Assembly (NCBI GenBank): GCA_016931035.1
Contig: JAFGFN010000140.1
Location: forward strand, 1,178-65,177
Reading direction: 5' to 3'
From: Candidatus Sumerlaeota bacterium
GTDB lineage: Bacteria > Sumerlaeota > Sumerlaeia > UBA8349
DNA length: 64,000 nt
A program made the position numbers and the translations under genes. The notes under the pieces are model-generated. The model was not told the origin of the DNA. It saw nothing but the letters and a program-made list of their open reading frames with translations, and searched no databases. This document shows, piece by piece, positions 48,391-58,282 of the stretch. Within the stretch, counting starts at the first letter, position 1. Each line of letters starts with the position of its first letter.

Positions 48391-48419
48391 TTGACAGCGC
48401 CCGGACCCGGACGTATGAT
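48391..48419 (+). promoter_or_regulatory. Sigma70 promoter for argG (TTGACA-17 nt-TATGAT)
   Basis: Consensus -35 box, 17-nt spacer and near-consensus -10 box. Lies about 60 nt upstream of the argG ATG. Confidence 0.55.
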
Positions 48420-48481
48420 CCTCTTTTCCTCCGGCGCTCCCCTAGGTGGGAGCGTGCCTCAAGGAAAGGAGCTGCGATCTC

Positions 48482-49690
48482 ATGTCACCGTCGAAACCCC
48501 ATGTGAAGAAGTGCGTCCTCGCCTATAGCGGCGGACTCGACACCTCGGTCATCATCCGCTGGCTGATCGAGAACACCGGCTGCGAAGTCGTCGCGTTCTC
48601 GGCCGACCTGGGCCAGGGAGAGAACCTCGAACCGCTGCGCCGCAAGGCGATCCGGACCGGCGCGAGCAAGATCGTCATCGAAGACCTGCGCCAGGAGTTC
48701 GTGCGCGACTTCGTCTCGCCCTCGATCCAGGCCAACGCCCTCTACGAGGGGAAATACCCGTTGGCGACCGCTCTGGGACGTCCGCTGATCGCCAAGTGGC
48801 TCGTGCAGATCGCAAAGGCCGAAGGCGCCGACGCCGTCGCCCACGGATGCACGGGCAAAGGGAACGATCAGGTCCGTTTCGAAGTCGTGACCAACGCATT
48901 GGGGCCCGAACTCAAGGTTCTCGCTCCGGTGCGCGAATGGGAACTCAAGACGCGCGAAGAAGAAATCGAATACGCGCGCAAACACAGGATTCCGGTCCAG
49001 GCGACCGCGGCCAAGCCCTACAGTTTCGACTCGAACCTCTGGGGACGTTCGATCGAATGCGGCGCGCTCGAAGACCCGGCGGCCGAGCCGCCCGAAGACG
49101 CTTGGCAGTCGATCGTGTCTCCTCAGAAGGCCCCGAACAAGCCGCTCGTCGTCGAGATCGGTTTCACCCGGGGCGTGCCGACGAGTCTCGACGGCAAGAA
49201 GATGAAGACGCTCGACCTTATCGAGCGACTCAACAAGATCGGCGAACGCCACGGCGTCGGGCGGATCGACATGGTTGAGAACCGTCTGGTGGGGATCAAG
49301 TCGCGCGAGCTCTACGAAGCGCCCGCGGCCGTCATGATCCTCACCGCCCACAAAGAGCTCGAGGCGATGTGTCTCGACCGCGAAGTGGCCCACTTCAAGC
49401 CGATTCTCGAAGGCAAGATGGCCGAGCTTATCTACTACGGCCTCTGGTACTCGCCTTTGCGCGAAGCGATCAGCGCCTTCATGGCCGAGGCCCAGAAGAA
49501 GGTCACCGGCTCGGTACGGCTCAAACTCTACAAGGGATCGATCATGGTGATCGGGCGCGAGTCGCGCCATTCGCTCTACGATCCGCGGCTGGCGACCTAC
49601 GACGTGGGCGACCGGTTCGACCACACGGCGGCCGAGGGCTTCATCCAGATCTTCGGTCTCCCCTCGAAGGTCCTCGCGCGGAGGAAGTAA
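48482..49690 (+). CDS. argG: Argininosuccinate synthase
   Basis: Start at Met13 with an AAGGAAAGGAG ribosome-binding site. PP-loop AYSGGLDTS. Confidence 0.9.
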   Translation: MSPSKPHVKKCVLAYSGGLDTSVIIRWLIENTGCEVVAFSADLGQGENLEPLRRKAIRTGASKIVIEDLRQEFVRDFVSPSIQANALYEGKYPLATALGRPLIAKWLVQIAKAEGADAVAHGCTGKGNDQVRFEVVTNALGPELKVLAPVREWELKTREEEIEYARKHRIPVQATAAKPYSFDSNLWGRSIECGALEDPAAEPPEDAWQSIVSPQKAPNKPLVVEIGFTRGVPTSLDGKKMKTLDLIERLNKIGERHGVGRIDMVENRLVGIKSRELYEAPAAVMILTAHKELEAMCLDREVAHFKPILEGKMAELIYYGLWYSPLREAISAFMAEAQKKVTGSVRLKLYKGSIMVIGRESRHSLYDPRLATYDVGDRFDHTAAEGFIQIFGLPSKVLARRK

Positions 49691-49751
49691 GTCGCGATTG
49701 CCGACGACGGTCCCTGTCTGGTAGTCTCATTGGGGAAGGTGGACGAATCGC

Positions 49752-50942
49752 ATGATCGGCGAACAAGAGCTGAGGGAACTGCTCGCGGACCTGGAGTCGG
49801 ATCGGGTCGAACGAACCCTTTCGACCAAGGACACGGAGAAGTTCTGCCAGGCCATATGCGCATTTGCCAACGATATGCCCGCGAACAACCTTCCCGGTTA
49901 TCTCATCGTTGGAGCGAGAGACGACGGAGTCATAGAAGGCGTAGAAGTGACGGATAAGTTGCTCCAACAACTTTCCAGTTATGCCGATTCGGGCCAGATC
50001 GTGTTCTCGCCTTCCATCGCCGTACAGAAGATGTCTCTACCTGAGGGCGATGTGGCCGTGGTTGAGGTCCGCCCGTCCGACATGCCGCCGGTTCGCTATC
50101 GCGGGCGCGTGTGGATACGCCGCGGTCCGCGGAAGGCAATAGCCAACGAGCAAGAAGAGCGAATCTTGACTGAGAAGCGAAGTCATCACGCCCGCTCGTT
50201 CGACCTGAAGCCTTGCAGGGGATGTGGCCGCGACGATCTTGCGCTCGATCTGTTCCAACTTGCGTATCTCAAGTCCGCGGTTGCCCCTGAGATCGTCGAA
50301 GAGAACAATCGCGATCTGTTTCTCCAGATGGCGTCCCTCGGCTTCTGGTGTTCTGCTGAAGAGTGCGCGACGAATGCCGGCGCTATTCTCTTCGCCCAGG
50401 ATCCGCTGAATTGGTTTCCGGGCGCATCAATGCAGTATGTCAGATTCGCGGGCGACGCCCTGGACGCCGACGTGCAAGACGAAAGACGCTTCGCGGGCGA
50501 CTTGATCTCGCTTCTCAGGGAACTCGACGGTTTTCTCAAGACGCTCTTCCCATCGAAGTTGGAATCGGTTTCGCCGCTAAGAGAGGAAAGTCACTCTCCG
50601 TATCCGGCGCTTGCGATCAGGGAATTGCTGATGAACGCCGTGATGCATCGCGACTACCAATCTAACGCCCCCATACGATTCTACTGGTTCCACGACCGTA
50701 TCGAGATTCAGAATGCAGGAGGGCTCTATGGGGCCGTGACGCCAGAGACATTCCCGGATCAGAACGACTACCGGAATCCCAAGATCGCCGAGGCGATGAA
50801 AACGCTTGGCTATGTGAACACGTTTGGACGAGGCATCGCCCGTGTTCAAGGATCTCTCCGCGATAATGGGAATCCGCCGGCGGAGTTCAACATAAGCGAA
50901 CCCACGTTCTTTCTGGCTACGATCCGAGAGGCCACACGATGA
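49752..50942 (+). CDS. Schlafen/AlbA_2-domain plus HATPase_c_4-domain protein (divergent AAA-4 family; putative nucleic-acid-binding ATP-binding protein)
   Basis: N-terminal AlbA_2-like LIVGARDDGVIEGV. C-terminal HATPase_c_4-like IRELLMNAVMHRDY. Local GC is about 56% against about 67% in the rest of the window. Confidence 0.7.
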   Translation: MIGEQELRELLADLESDRVERTLSTKDTEKFCQAICAFANDMPANNLPGYLIVGARDDGVIEGVEVTDKLLQQLSSYADSGQIVFSPSIAVQKMSLPEGDVAVVEVRPSDMPPVRYRGRVWIRRGPRKAIANEQEERILTEKRSHHARSFDLKPCRGCGRDDLALDLFQLAYLKSAVAPEIVEENNRDLFLQMASLGFWCSAEECATNAGAILFAQDPLNWFPGASMQYVRFAGDALDADVQDERRFAGDLISLLRELDGFLKTLFPSKLESVSPLREESHSPYPALAIRELLMNAVMHRDYQSNAPIRFYWFHDRIEIQNAGGLYGAVTPETFPDQNDYRNPKIAEAMKTLGYVNTFGRGIARVQGSLRDNGNPPAEFNISEPTFFLATIREATR

Positions 50943-51937
50943 AAACGATCGCCTTCTTCAACAACAAAGGTGGCGTGGGAAAGACGACCCTGGTTTATCA
51001 CGTGGCCTGGATGTGCGCGGAACTAGGCCAATGCGTTCTGGCCGTCGATTTCGATCCGCAGGCGAATCTGACCACGATGTTTCTTGACGAGGACGCCCTA
51101 GAGAGGCTCTGGCCTGAGGAGGGAAAGAACCAAAGCATCCTGACGTGCATCTCGCCGATTATCGAAGGAGAGGGCGATATCGCCGAAGCGCCGCTGCAAC
51201 AGATTTGCCCAAACATTCACCTCTTGCCGGGAGATTTGGGTCTATCGCAATTCGAGGACAAACTCTCCGACAGTTGGCCGCGTTGTCTCGATAACGACAA
51301 GGCCGCATTTCGCGTCATAACGGCGTTCTACCGCATTATCTTCTCCGCCGCCGAAGCGGCGAATGCGGACATCGTGCTCATGGACGTAGGGCCAAATCTT
51401 GGCGCGATCAATCGTGCGTCGCTCATCGCGTCCGACCATGTTGTGATGCCGCTGGCTCCCGGTCTGTTTTCGTTGCAGGGCCTAAGAAACCTGGGGCCTA
51501 CGCTCCACACATGGAGAGATAGTTGGCAAGAACGGTTGAAGAAGAAACCCGACGACTTCTCCATTCCGATGCCAGCGGGTGCAATGCAGCCGACTGGATA
51601 CGTTGTCATGCAACACGTTGAACGCAAGAGCCGACCGGTCAAAGCGTACCAGCGGTGGATTTCCAAGATACCTGAGATTTACAGGACACGCGTTCTCCGG
51701 CAGGCTGGCCCCGCGAACGACGCGGAAACCGATCCCAACCGAATTGGCCTAATCAAAAACTATCAGAGTTTGATGCCTCTCGCGGAAGATGCGCGGAAAC
51801 CGATCTTCAAACTGACGGCTGCCGACGGCGCGATCGGCGCCCACGCTGCCGCGGTCTCCAAATGCTACTCCGACTTCAAGTGCCTCACTCAGGAGATACT
51901 TCGCAGGACGAACGGTAGCGGCCCGTCTCGCGATTGA
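50939..51937 (+). CDS. ParA/MinD-like P-loop ATPase (332 aa) with a C-terminal extension
   Basis: Deviant Walker A NNKGGVGKTT. ATGA start/stop overlap with the upstream gene. Same low GC. Confidence 0.7.
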   Translation: MKTIAFFNNKGGVGKTTLVYHVAWMCAELGQCVLAVDFDPQANLTTMFLDEDALERLWPEEGKNQSILTCISPIIEGEGDIAEAPLQQICPNIHLLPGDLGLSQFEDKLSDSWPRCLDNDKAAFRVITAFYRIIFSAAEAANADIVLMDVGPNLGAINRASLIASDHVVMPLAPGLFSLQGLRNLGPTLHTWRDSWQERLKKKPDDFSIPMPAGAMQPTGYVVMQHVERKSRPVKAYQRWISKIPEIYRTRVLRQAGPANDAETDPNRIGLIKNYQSLMPLAEDARKPIFKLTAADGAIGAHAAAVSKCYSDFKCLTQEILRRTNGSGPSRD

Positions 51938-52153
51938 CGAATGTTCTCTGATCCAATGAACAAGCCGCGTGGCCCATTCTGGGCAAACGAGTCTGGCCAA
52001 ACGACACGACCCCGGAACAGCGTTTGCCACTTGGGCGCGGCGGTGGTATGGTAAGAGAGCGCGCGAACGGCCCGAAACGATTCGGGTGCGGAGCGGCGCT
52101 ATCCCGGCCCGCGCGCGAGACGGCGCGCGGCGACCCGTGAAGGAGTGCGTTGT

Positions 52154-53389
52154 ATGAGTCGAAGCGACAAAGTTACGTTTGTTCAGAAAGCGCTGTCCGT
52201 TCTGGTCGTGGTGGCCTTCGTGGCGAGCGCGGTTTTCCTGATCCGATGGGTTTATTGGCCTCGTGGCGTCGAAGGGATCAAGTCGAAGATCGAGAAGACG
52301 CGCGCCGAAATCCTCCAGCTGGACAAGACGACCGGCAAGTTGCAGCGCAAGGTCGAGATGCTCCAGCTGGCTCTGGCCGAGGCTCAAGGCACCTCGGGCA
52401 CGCTGAACTCGGTTCGCACGAACGTGACGGTCGAGGTGCTCCAGCCCGAGCTGTTTCGCGACGTTTTGATTCTGCCCGGGGTGGTTGAAGCTCAAGACGA
52501 CATTCTGCTCGCCGCCAAGGGGGACGGCACGGTGGAATGGATCGGGCCGCGCGAGGGTCAGCCGGTCAAGAAGGGAGCGCCCATCGCGAAGATCGACGCC
52601 GACGTATTGATCCCTCAGTTGCGCAGCGCCGAGGCGGCCGAAAGCCTGGCCCAGGCGAACTTCCGGCGCGTCGATAAGCTGGCGGACCAGAAGGTGACCA
52701 GTCCCGAGGAGCTGGACCGGGCGCGCTCCGTGCTCAAGCAGGCCCAGGCCGCAGTGGCCATCGCCCGCAGGTCCGTCGAGGACGCGACTCTTTACTCTCC
52801 GATCGACGGGGTGGTGGACCAGATCCCGCTCGACGTGGGCGAGTTCGTCAATCGCGGGCAGACCGTCGCGCGTCTGGTCGACGTCTCGACCGTCAAGATC
52901 AACCTCAACGTTCCCGAGAAAGATATCGCCTTCTTTCACGTCGGGCAGAGCGCCCAGGTCGAACTTCCCGATCCGCCCGGCGGCGAGACGACGGGCACGA
53001 TCGCCCATATCGGCCTGGTGGCCGACGACCTGGCCAAGACTTTCCTGGTGGAGGTTTCGATCGCGAATCGCGATGAGTTGTTCCGCCCCGGCATGATCGC
53101 GCGGACCGAACTCGTGCGGCGCGAGCGCGCGGACGCCATCGTAGTCTCTTTCTTCTCGGTCATGCAGACCCAGGACGGCCCGCTCGTGTACGTGGAGAGC
53201 CAGGGCGAGGCCCGGTCGCGCGCGGTCAAGATCGGCAGTCGCCGAGGCATGATGCTCGAGGTGACCGAGGGCCTCGAGCCGGGCGACCGGCTGATCGTCG
53301 AAGGCCAGAGAATGGTGAGCGACGGCACGCCGGTGCGGGTTGTCGAAGTCCAGGGATCGGCTGCCCCTCCCGAGGAGGGTCAGCCGTGA
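52154..53389 (+). CDS. RND efflux periplasmic adaptor (membrane fusion protein)
   Basis: Start at Met4 with a GAAGGAG ribosome-binding site. N-terminal TM helix, coiled-coil hairpin and HlyD-like beta domains. Confidence 0.85.
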   Translation: MSRSDKVTFVQKALSVLVVVAFVASAVFLIRWVYWPRGVEGIKSKIEKTRAEILQLDKTTGKLQRKVEMLQLALAEAQGTSGTLNSVRTNVTVEVLQPELFRDVLILPGVVEAQDDILLAAKGDGTVEWIGPREGQPVKKGAPIAKIDADVLIPQLRSAEAAESLAQANFRRVDKLADQKVTSPEELDRARSVLKQAQAAVAIARRSVEDATLYSPIDGVVDQIPLDVGEFVNRGQTVARLVDVSTVKINLNVPEKDIAFFHVGQSAQVELPDPPGGETTGTIAHIGLVADDLAKTFLVEVSIANRDELFRPGMIARTELVRRERADAIVVSFFSVMQTQDGPLVYVESQGEARSRAVKIGSRRGMMLEVTEGLEPGDRLIVEGQRMVSDGTPVRVVEVQGSAAPPEEGQP

Positions 53390-56300
53390 AGATCTCGGAT
53401 TTCGCGCTCGAGAACCGCACCTCCGTTTTCGTCTTCATGTTCGTCATCGCGGTCGTGGGAGTGTACTGCTACGTCGTTCTGCCCCGCGAGGCGGCGCCCG
53501 ACATTCCCGTTCCCTTCATCAGCATCACGACCCCTTACGAGGGGGTGGCTCCGTCGGACATCGAGACTCTGATCACGATGAAAATCGAGAAGGAACTCAA
53601 GGCGCTCAAGAGCGTCAAGGAGATCCGCTCGCAGTCGATCGAAGGGTTGTCGAGCATTACGGTCGAGTTCGAGCCCGACGTCGATATCGACGTCGCGCTG
53701 CAGAAAGTGCGCGACAAGGTCGACATCGCCAAGCCCGAGCTGCCCGCCGATCTGGACGACGAACCGGCCATCGGCGAGTTCAACTTCTCGGAGTGGCCCA
53801 TCATTTACGTCAACATCACCGGCGGCAGCGACCAGGCCCAACTCAAGTACATCGCCGATCGGATAGAAGACGAAATCGAGACCATTCCCGGGGTCTTGCG
53901 CGTGGATCAGCGCGGGGCGCTCGAACGCGAGATTCGCCTCGAATTCGATCCCGACCGGCTTGCGGCCTATAACATCAACCCGTACGAAGCGATCGAGGCC
54001 ATACGGCAGAACAATCTCAACATCCCCAGCGGCTCCTTGGAACTGGGCGAGGCGAACTATGTGGTCAAGGTGCCGGGCGAGTTCCAGGACCCGGCCGAGA
54101 TCGATAATATCGTGATCTCGGTTCGCGACGGTCGTCCCGTCTACCTCTTCGACGTGGCGAAGGTGGTCGACGGATTCGCGGAGCGCTTGTCGTATTCGCG
54201 CCTGAACGGCAAACCGTCGGTGACTCTGGAAGTGGTCAAGCGCTCGGGCGAGAACATCATTTTCATCTGCGACGCGGTCAAGATACTCCTCGAACGGGCC
54301 GAGCCGATGTTGCCGGCCGGGATCGGTTTCTCGCTCACGGCCGACATGTCGAAAGACATTCGGACGATGGTCAGCGACTTGGAGAACAACATCCTGAGCG
54401 GACTCGTGCTTATCATGACCGTCATCTTCCTGGCCCTGGGTCCGCGCGATTCGGTCCTGGTGGGCATGGCGATTCCGTTCTCGATGTTCCTGTCCTTCGC
54501 CGTGATCCGGTTCTCCGGCCTGACGCTCAACATGATCGTCTTGTTCAGCTTGACGCTTTCGCTTGGGATGATGGTGGACAACGCCATCGTGATTGTCGAG
54601 AACGTGCACCGCCACCACAACCTGGGTCTCCGGCGGGTGACCGCGGCCCACGTCGCGACGGCCGAAGTGGCTTGGCCGATCACCACTTCGTGTCTGACCA
54701 CGGTGGCCGCCTTCTTTCCCCTTCTGTTCTGGCCCGGCATCATGGGCGAGTTCATGGGGTTTCTTCCTCGCACGGTGATCATCACCCTGTTCGCGTCGTT
54801 GTTTGTGGCCCTGGCGATGACGCCGAGCGTGGCGACCCGGCTCCTGAAAAAAGCGGTCAGTCCCCAACACCGCCGGTTCGCCGACTCGCGGACGCTGCGC
54901 GTCTACGATCGGCTCTTGCGAACGGCGCTCCGCTTCCGCTGGGCGGTCGTCGTGCTCGCCTTCGGATTGTTGGTCGTCATGGTCCGATGGTACGGGGCCA
55001 AGAATCTGGGCACCGAGTTGTTTCCCGACATCGAGCCCCGGCAGGCGATGATTCGCCTGCAGCTGCCCGAGGGCGCTTCGCTCGAGGCGAGCGACCGGAT
55101 CGTAAGGCTGGCCGAAGCGGCCGCCGCGAAATACCCCGAGTCCAAGGCGATCGTGGCCAACGTCGGCGGCGGCACCGGCGGCGACCCCTTCGGCGGGGGA
55201 GCGAACAGCGCGAACAGATCGGACGTGACGATCGAATTCGTCGATCGCGAATTCCGCAAGACCCCCGCGAGCCAGATCATCGAGAAGCTGCGCGAGGACC
55301 TAAGCGACGTGAGCGGGGCCGATGTTCGCGTCGACAAGCCCGAGGAGGGGCCCCCGACCGGGGCTCCCATCTCGATCGAGATCTCGGGCGAGGATTTCGA
55401 GACCCTCGGGCGCTTGGCCGCGGAGGTGCGCGAACGTCTCAAAGCGATCGAGGGGGTCGTCGACATCAAGGACGACTTCGTCACGGGCAAACCCGAACTG
55501 CGCATCCGGATCGACAAGGAGAAAGCGGCTCTGCTCGGGCTCACCACCGACATCGTGGGCCAGATGCTCCGCACCGCGATCCAGGGAACCAAGGCCGGGG
55601 TTTTCCGCGTCGGCAACGACGAATACGACGTGGTCGTGCGCATGCCCAAACCCAGACGACAGGAAATCGACGCCCTGGAACGGATCCGGATCCCCAATCT
55701 CTACGGCAAGCAGATCCCGCTGACCTCGGTCGCCGAGTTCGAGTGGGGGAGCGGCCTGGGGAGCGTGAACCGCGTGGACGACCGCCGCACGGTGACCGTT
55801 TCGGCCCAGGTGGCGAAGGGTTTCAATGAAAACGCGGTTCTCGAGACCGCCAAAGCCGTCCTGGCCGAACACCCGCTCCCGCACACCTACATGATGCGGT
55901 TCACCGGCCAGAACGAAGAACAGAACGAATCTCAAGCCTTCTTGTCGAAATCCTTCGTCATCGCGATCTTCCTCATCGCCGTCATCCTCGTGATGCAGTT
56001 CGACTCGGTCATCCTCCCCTTCATCATCCTCGCCTCGGTCATCCTCTCGCTCATCGGCGTCTTCTTCGGTCTCGTGGTCACGAACCGCCCGTTCGGCATC
56101 ATCATGACGGGGATCGGCGTCATCAGCCTGGCGGGAGTCGTCGTCAACAACGCCATCGTGTTGATCGACTACACCGAGAAGCTCCGCGCCCGCGGACTGG
56201 AACTCATGGACGCCGTCATCACGGCCGCGAAAACGCGTTTCCGCCCCGTGATGCTCACCGCCATCACCACCATCCTGGGTTTGATCCCGATGGCGACCGG

Positions 56301-56538
56301 CGTGAGCTTCGATTTCCGCAAGTTCCATTTCAACTTCGACACCGAGAGCACCGAATGGTGGAGTTCGATGGCGGTGGCCGTGATCTACGGCCTCGGCGTC
56401 GCCACCCTGCTCACCCTCGTTGTCGTTCCCAGCCTCTACGTCATCCTCGCCCCGATCCGAGGCAAATCCACTCACGTCCAGCGGATGGAAGAAGAGGCCG
56501 AAGCGGCTGCCGCCTCGGCCTCGGGATCAGACGGTTGA
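53386..56538 (+). CDS. RND efflux transporter permease (AcrB/CzcA family)
   Basis: 1050 aa. 12-TM RND architecture. Overlaps the adaptor stop. Confidence 0.9.
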   Translation: MKISDFALENRTSVFVFMFVIAVVGVYCYVVLPREAAPDIPVPFISITTPYEGVAPSDIETLITMKIEKELKALKSVKEIRSQSIEGLSSITVEFEPDVDIDVALQKVRDKVDIAKPELPADLDDEPAIGEFNFSEWPIIYVNITGGSDQAQLKYIADRIEDEIETIPGVLRVDQRGALEREIRLEFDPDRLAAYNINPYEAIEAIRQNNLNIPSGSLELGEANYVVKVPGEFQDPAEIDNIVISVRDGRPVYLFDVAKVVDGFAERLSYSRLNGKPSVTLEVVKRSGENIIFICDAVKILLERAEPMLPAGIGFSLTADMSKDIRTMVSDLENNILSGLVLIMTVIFLALGPRDSVLVGMAIPFSMFLSFAVIRFSGLTLNMIVLFSLTLSLGMMVDNAIVIVENVHRHHNLGLRRVTAAHVATAEVAWPITTSCLTTVAAFFPLLFWPGIMGEFMGFLPRTVIITLFASLFVALAMTPSVATRLLKKAVSPQHRRFADSRTLRVYDRLLRTALRFRWAVVVLAFGLLVVMVRWYGAKNLGTELFPDIEPRQAMIRLQLPEGASLEASDRIVRLAEAAAAKYPESKAIVANVGGGTGGDPFGGGANSANRSDVTIEFVDREFRKTPASQIIEKLREDLSDVSGADVRVDKPEEGPPTGAPISIEISGEDFETLGRLAAEVRERLKAIEGVVDIKDDFVTGKPELRIRIDKEKAALLGLTTDIVGQMLRTAIQGTKAGVFRVGNDEYDVVVRMPKPRRQEIDALERIRIPNLYGKQIPLTSVAEFEWGSGLGSVNRVDDRRTVTVSAQVAKGFNENAVLETAKAVLAEHPLPHTYMMRFTGQNEEQNESQAFLSKSFVIAIFLIAVILVMQFDSVILPFIILASVILSLIGVFFGLVVTNRPFGIIMTGIGVISLAGVVVNNAIVLIDYTEKLRARGLELMDAVITAAKTRFRPVMLTAITTILGLIPMATGVSFDFRKFHFNFDTESTEWWSSMAVAVIYGLGVATLLTLVVVPSLYVILAPIRGKSTHVQRMEEEAEAAAASASGSDG

Positions 56539-56819
56539 CAACCCGCCCCAATCCGGGGAGCGGCGCGTGTTCCGCAAGCCGTGCGACAAGGGACAGGTTG
56601 TCGTTCTGGGGCCGAACCGCGAGGCGTGGATGCCGCTGGGGCGCAGCATGTACACCGTCATCCTCCCTTCCGGGCCGACGGCGTCCTCGAACTGGACGCT
56701 GTTCGAGTAGATACCGGCTCTCCGCGGGACGCGCAGTTTGTTCTGTCTTGAGAATACCCCGCCTTCCGGCGCGAAGAATCGAGTACGAGCACGAGTACGA
56801 GCGCGAGGGGAATCCTAGG

Positions 56820-56945
56820 ATCGCATCCCGATATCGAGGCAGGCTGAAGCTTGTACTCAAAACTCGTTCAGAGTACAGGCTTCAGTTTGCTCCCGAGCTT
56901 GTTCAGAGTACAGGCTTCAGCCTGCCTACGAATCTCCATTCTCTC
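56820..56945. repeat. Family A repeat cluster, copy D (three GCAGGCTGAAG(C/T)(C/T)TGTACTC units)
   Basis: One forward and two inverted units. Intergenic, downstream of the RND gene. Confidence 0.6.
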
Positions 56946-57037
56946 CCTAACGATGTCGGAATTCCCCGGGGGGACGTTACCCCAGGGGGGTGTTTTGTCC
57001 TTGCGGAGGCGTTGGGCGATCCTCTATTCTCGACCCC

Positions 57038-58282
57038 ATGATTGGGCATCGTTCGACTCGGCTCTTCCTGTCCGTCCGGCGCGTCGCCTGTCTCGTCGCC
57101 TTGTGCGGCTTGATGGCTCTGACGCTGTCGGCGGTGGCGCAAGAACCTCCTGAGCCCGCAACCCCGGCCCGAACGCCCTCCTCCGTCCCCGACCCCGACT
57201 CGAAGGATGCCGGCGCGCCCGCCCTGCCGGTGCGGTCGATCCCGAATCGTCCGGTTTCGCACAGTCTGGTGACGCCCGACCCGCTTAAGAGCGCCATCCC
57301 GCTCGTCGAGCCCCTTCCTCCCGAGAAGTTCGACACGTGGTTTCGCATCGGCTACTTGCGTCCCGCGACGGAAAGCCCTCTGGGCGAGCAGTGGTATCGC
57401 GACCTGCAGACCGCATTGGAGGCCGATCCCGAGTTCGCGGCCTTCATCGAGAAGGAAGTGATCTCGGGCGTGGCCTTGCGTCCGTGCGACGGCCCGGTCG
57501 ATATGCTTCAGCGGATGCTCCAGTCCGAGCTCGACATGGTCTTCTGTCCGGCGATGGTGTACGCCCAGGAACGCATTCAGCGCGAACATCGCAGCCGGTA
57601 TCGCGTTCTGTTTCAGACGCAGCGGTGGCGCGATCTGCGCGACAGCCACGGAGGGCCTTATGTGCGGCATCGAGGCGTCCTCTTCGTCCGGCGCGGGTCG
57701 GATCTCGACGTCGATCCCGAGCAGCTGGGCAAAGAGGCGATCAAGAGTCTCCTGGCCGATCGCATTCTGGCCGTCTCGGGCTCCTACGACGCCGCGGGGT
57801 ATTTCTACGTCCGCAAGAAGCTTTGGGACGAATACGAGACCGCCCCGAAGGAAGTGCTCTTCTGCCGCTCGCCCGAGGAGGTCGTGAAGGCCGTCGTCAG
57901 CGGACTGGCCGAGGTGGGCGGGTGCGAGGAACACGTTCTGCGCGACGTCTTCAACACCCTGCCGTCGGGTCTCTATCAACGTCCCGATCTCGATTCGAGA
58001 GGCAACAACGATTTCGTCCGGGTCCTCATCTACACCCAATGGGTGCCCGTGGACCCCGTGGTGGTGCAGGACTATTACTTCGAGACCCCTGGATTGGGGG
58101 GGCGCCAGCCGATCGGGGCCGAGATCGGCCGCGCGGCGGCGAACGCCGTCAAGCGGTTCTATAACGAGCACGACGATCCGACGCAGCGGGCGCCGCGGCT
58201 CGAATTGCCGAGGGTGGACGCCGATCTGGCTTACGACTTGCTCGTCAAGGACGTCGAACTCACTCGCGGGTACGGATGGTAA
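57038..58282 (+). CDS. Secreted periplasmic solute-binding-like protein (PhnD/SsuA-like), hypothetical
   Basis: Start at Met17 with a signal peptide. Overlaps the downstream histidine kinase gene, which suggests an operon. Confidence 0.55.
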   Translation: MIGHRSTRLFLSVRRVACLVALCGLMALTLSAVAQEPPEPATPARTPSSVPDPDSKDAGAPALPVRSIPNRPVSHSLVTPDPLKSAIPLVEPLPPEKFDTWFRIGYLRPATESPLGEQWYRDLQTALEADPEFAAFIEKEVISGVALRPCDGPVDMLQRMLQSELDMVFCPAMVYAQERIQREHRSRYRVLFQTQRWRDLRDSHGGPYVRHRGVLFVRRGSDLDVDPEQLGKEAIKSLLADRILAVSGSYDAAGYFYVRKKLWDEYETAPKEVLFCRSPEEVVKAVVSGLAEVGGCEEHVLRDVFNTLPSGLYQRPDLDSRGNNDFVRVLIYTQWVPVDPVVVQDYYFETPGLGGRQPIGAEIGRAAANAVKRFYNEHDDPTQRAPRLELPRVDADLAYDLLVKDVELTRGYGW

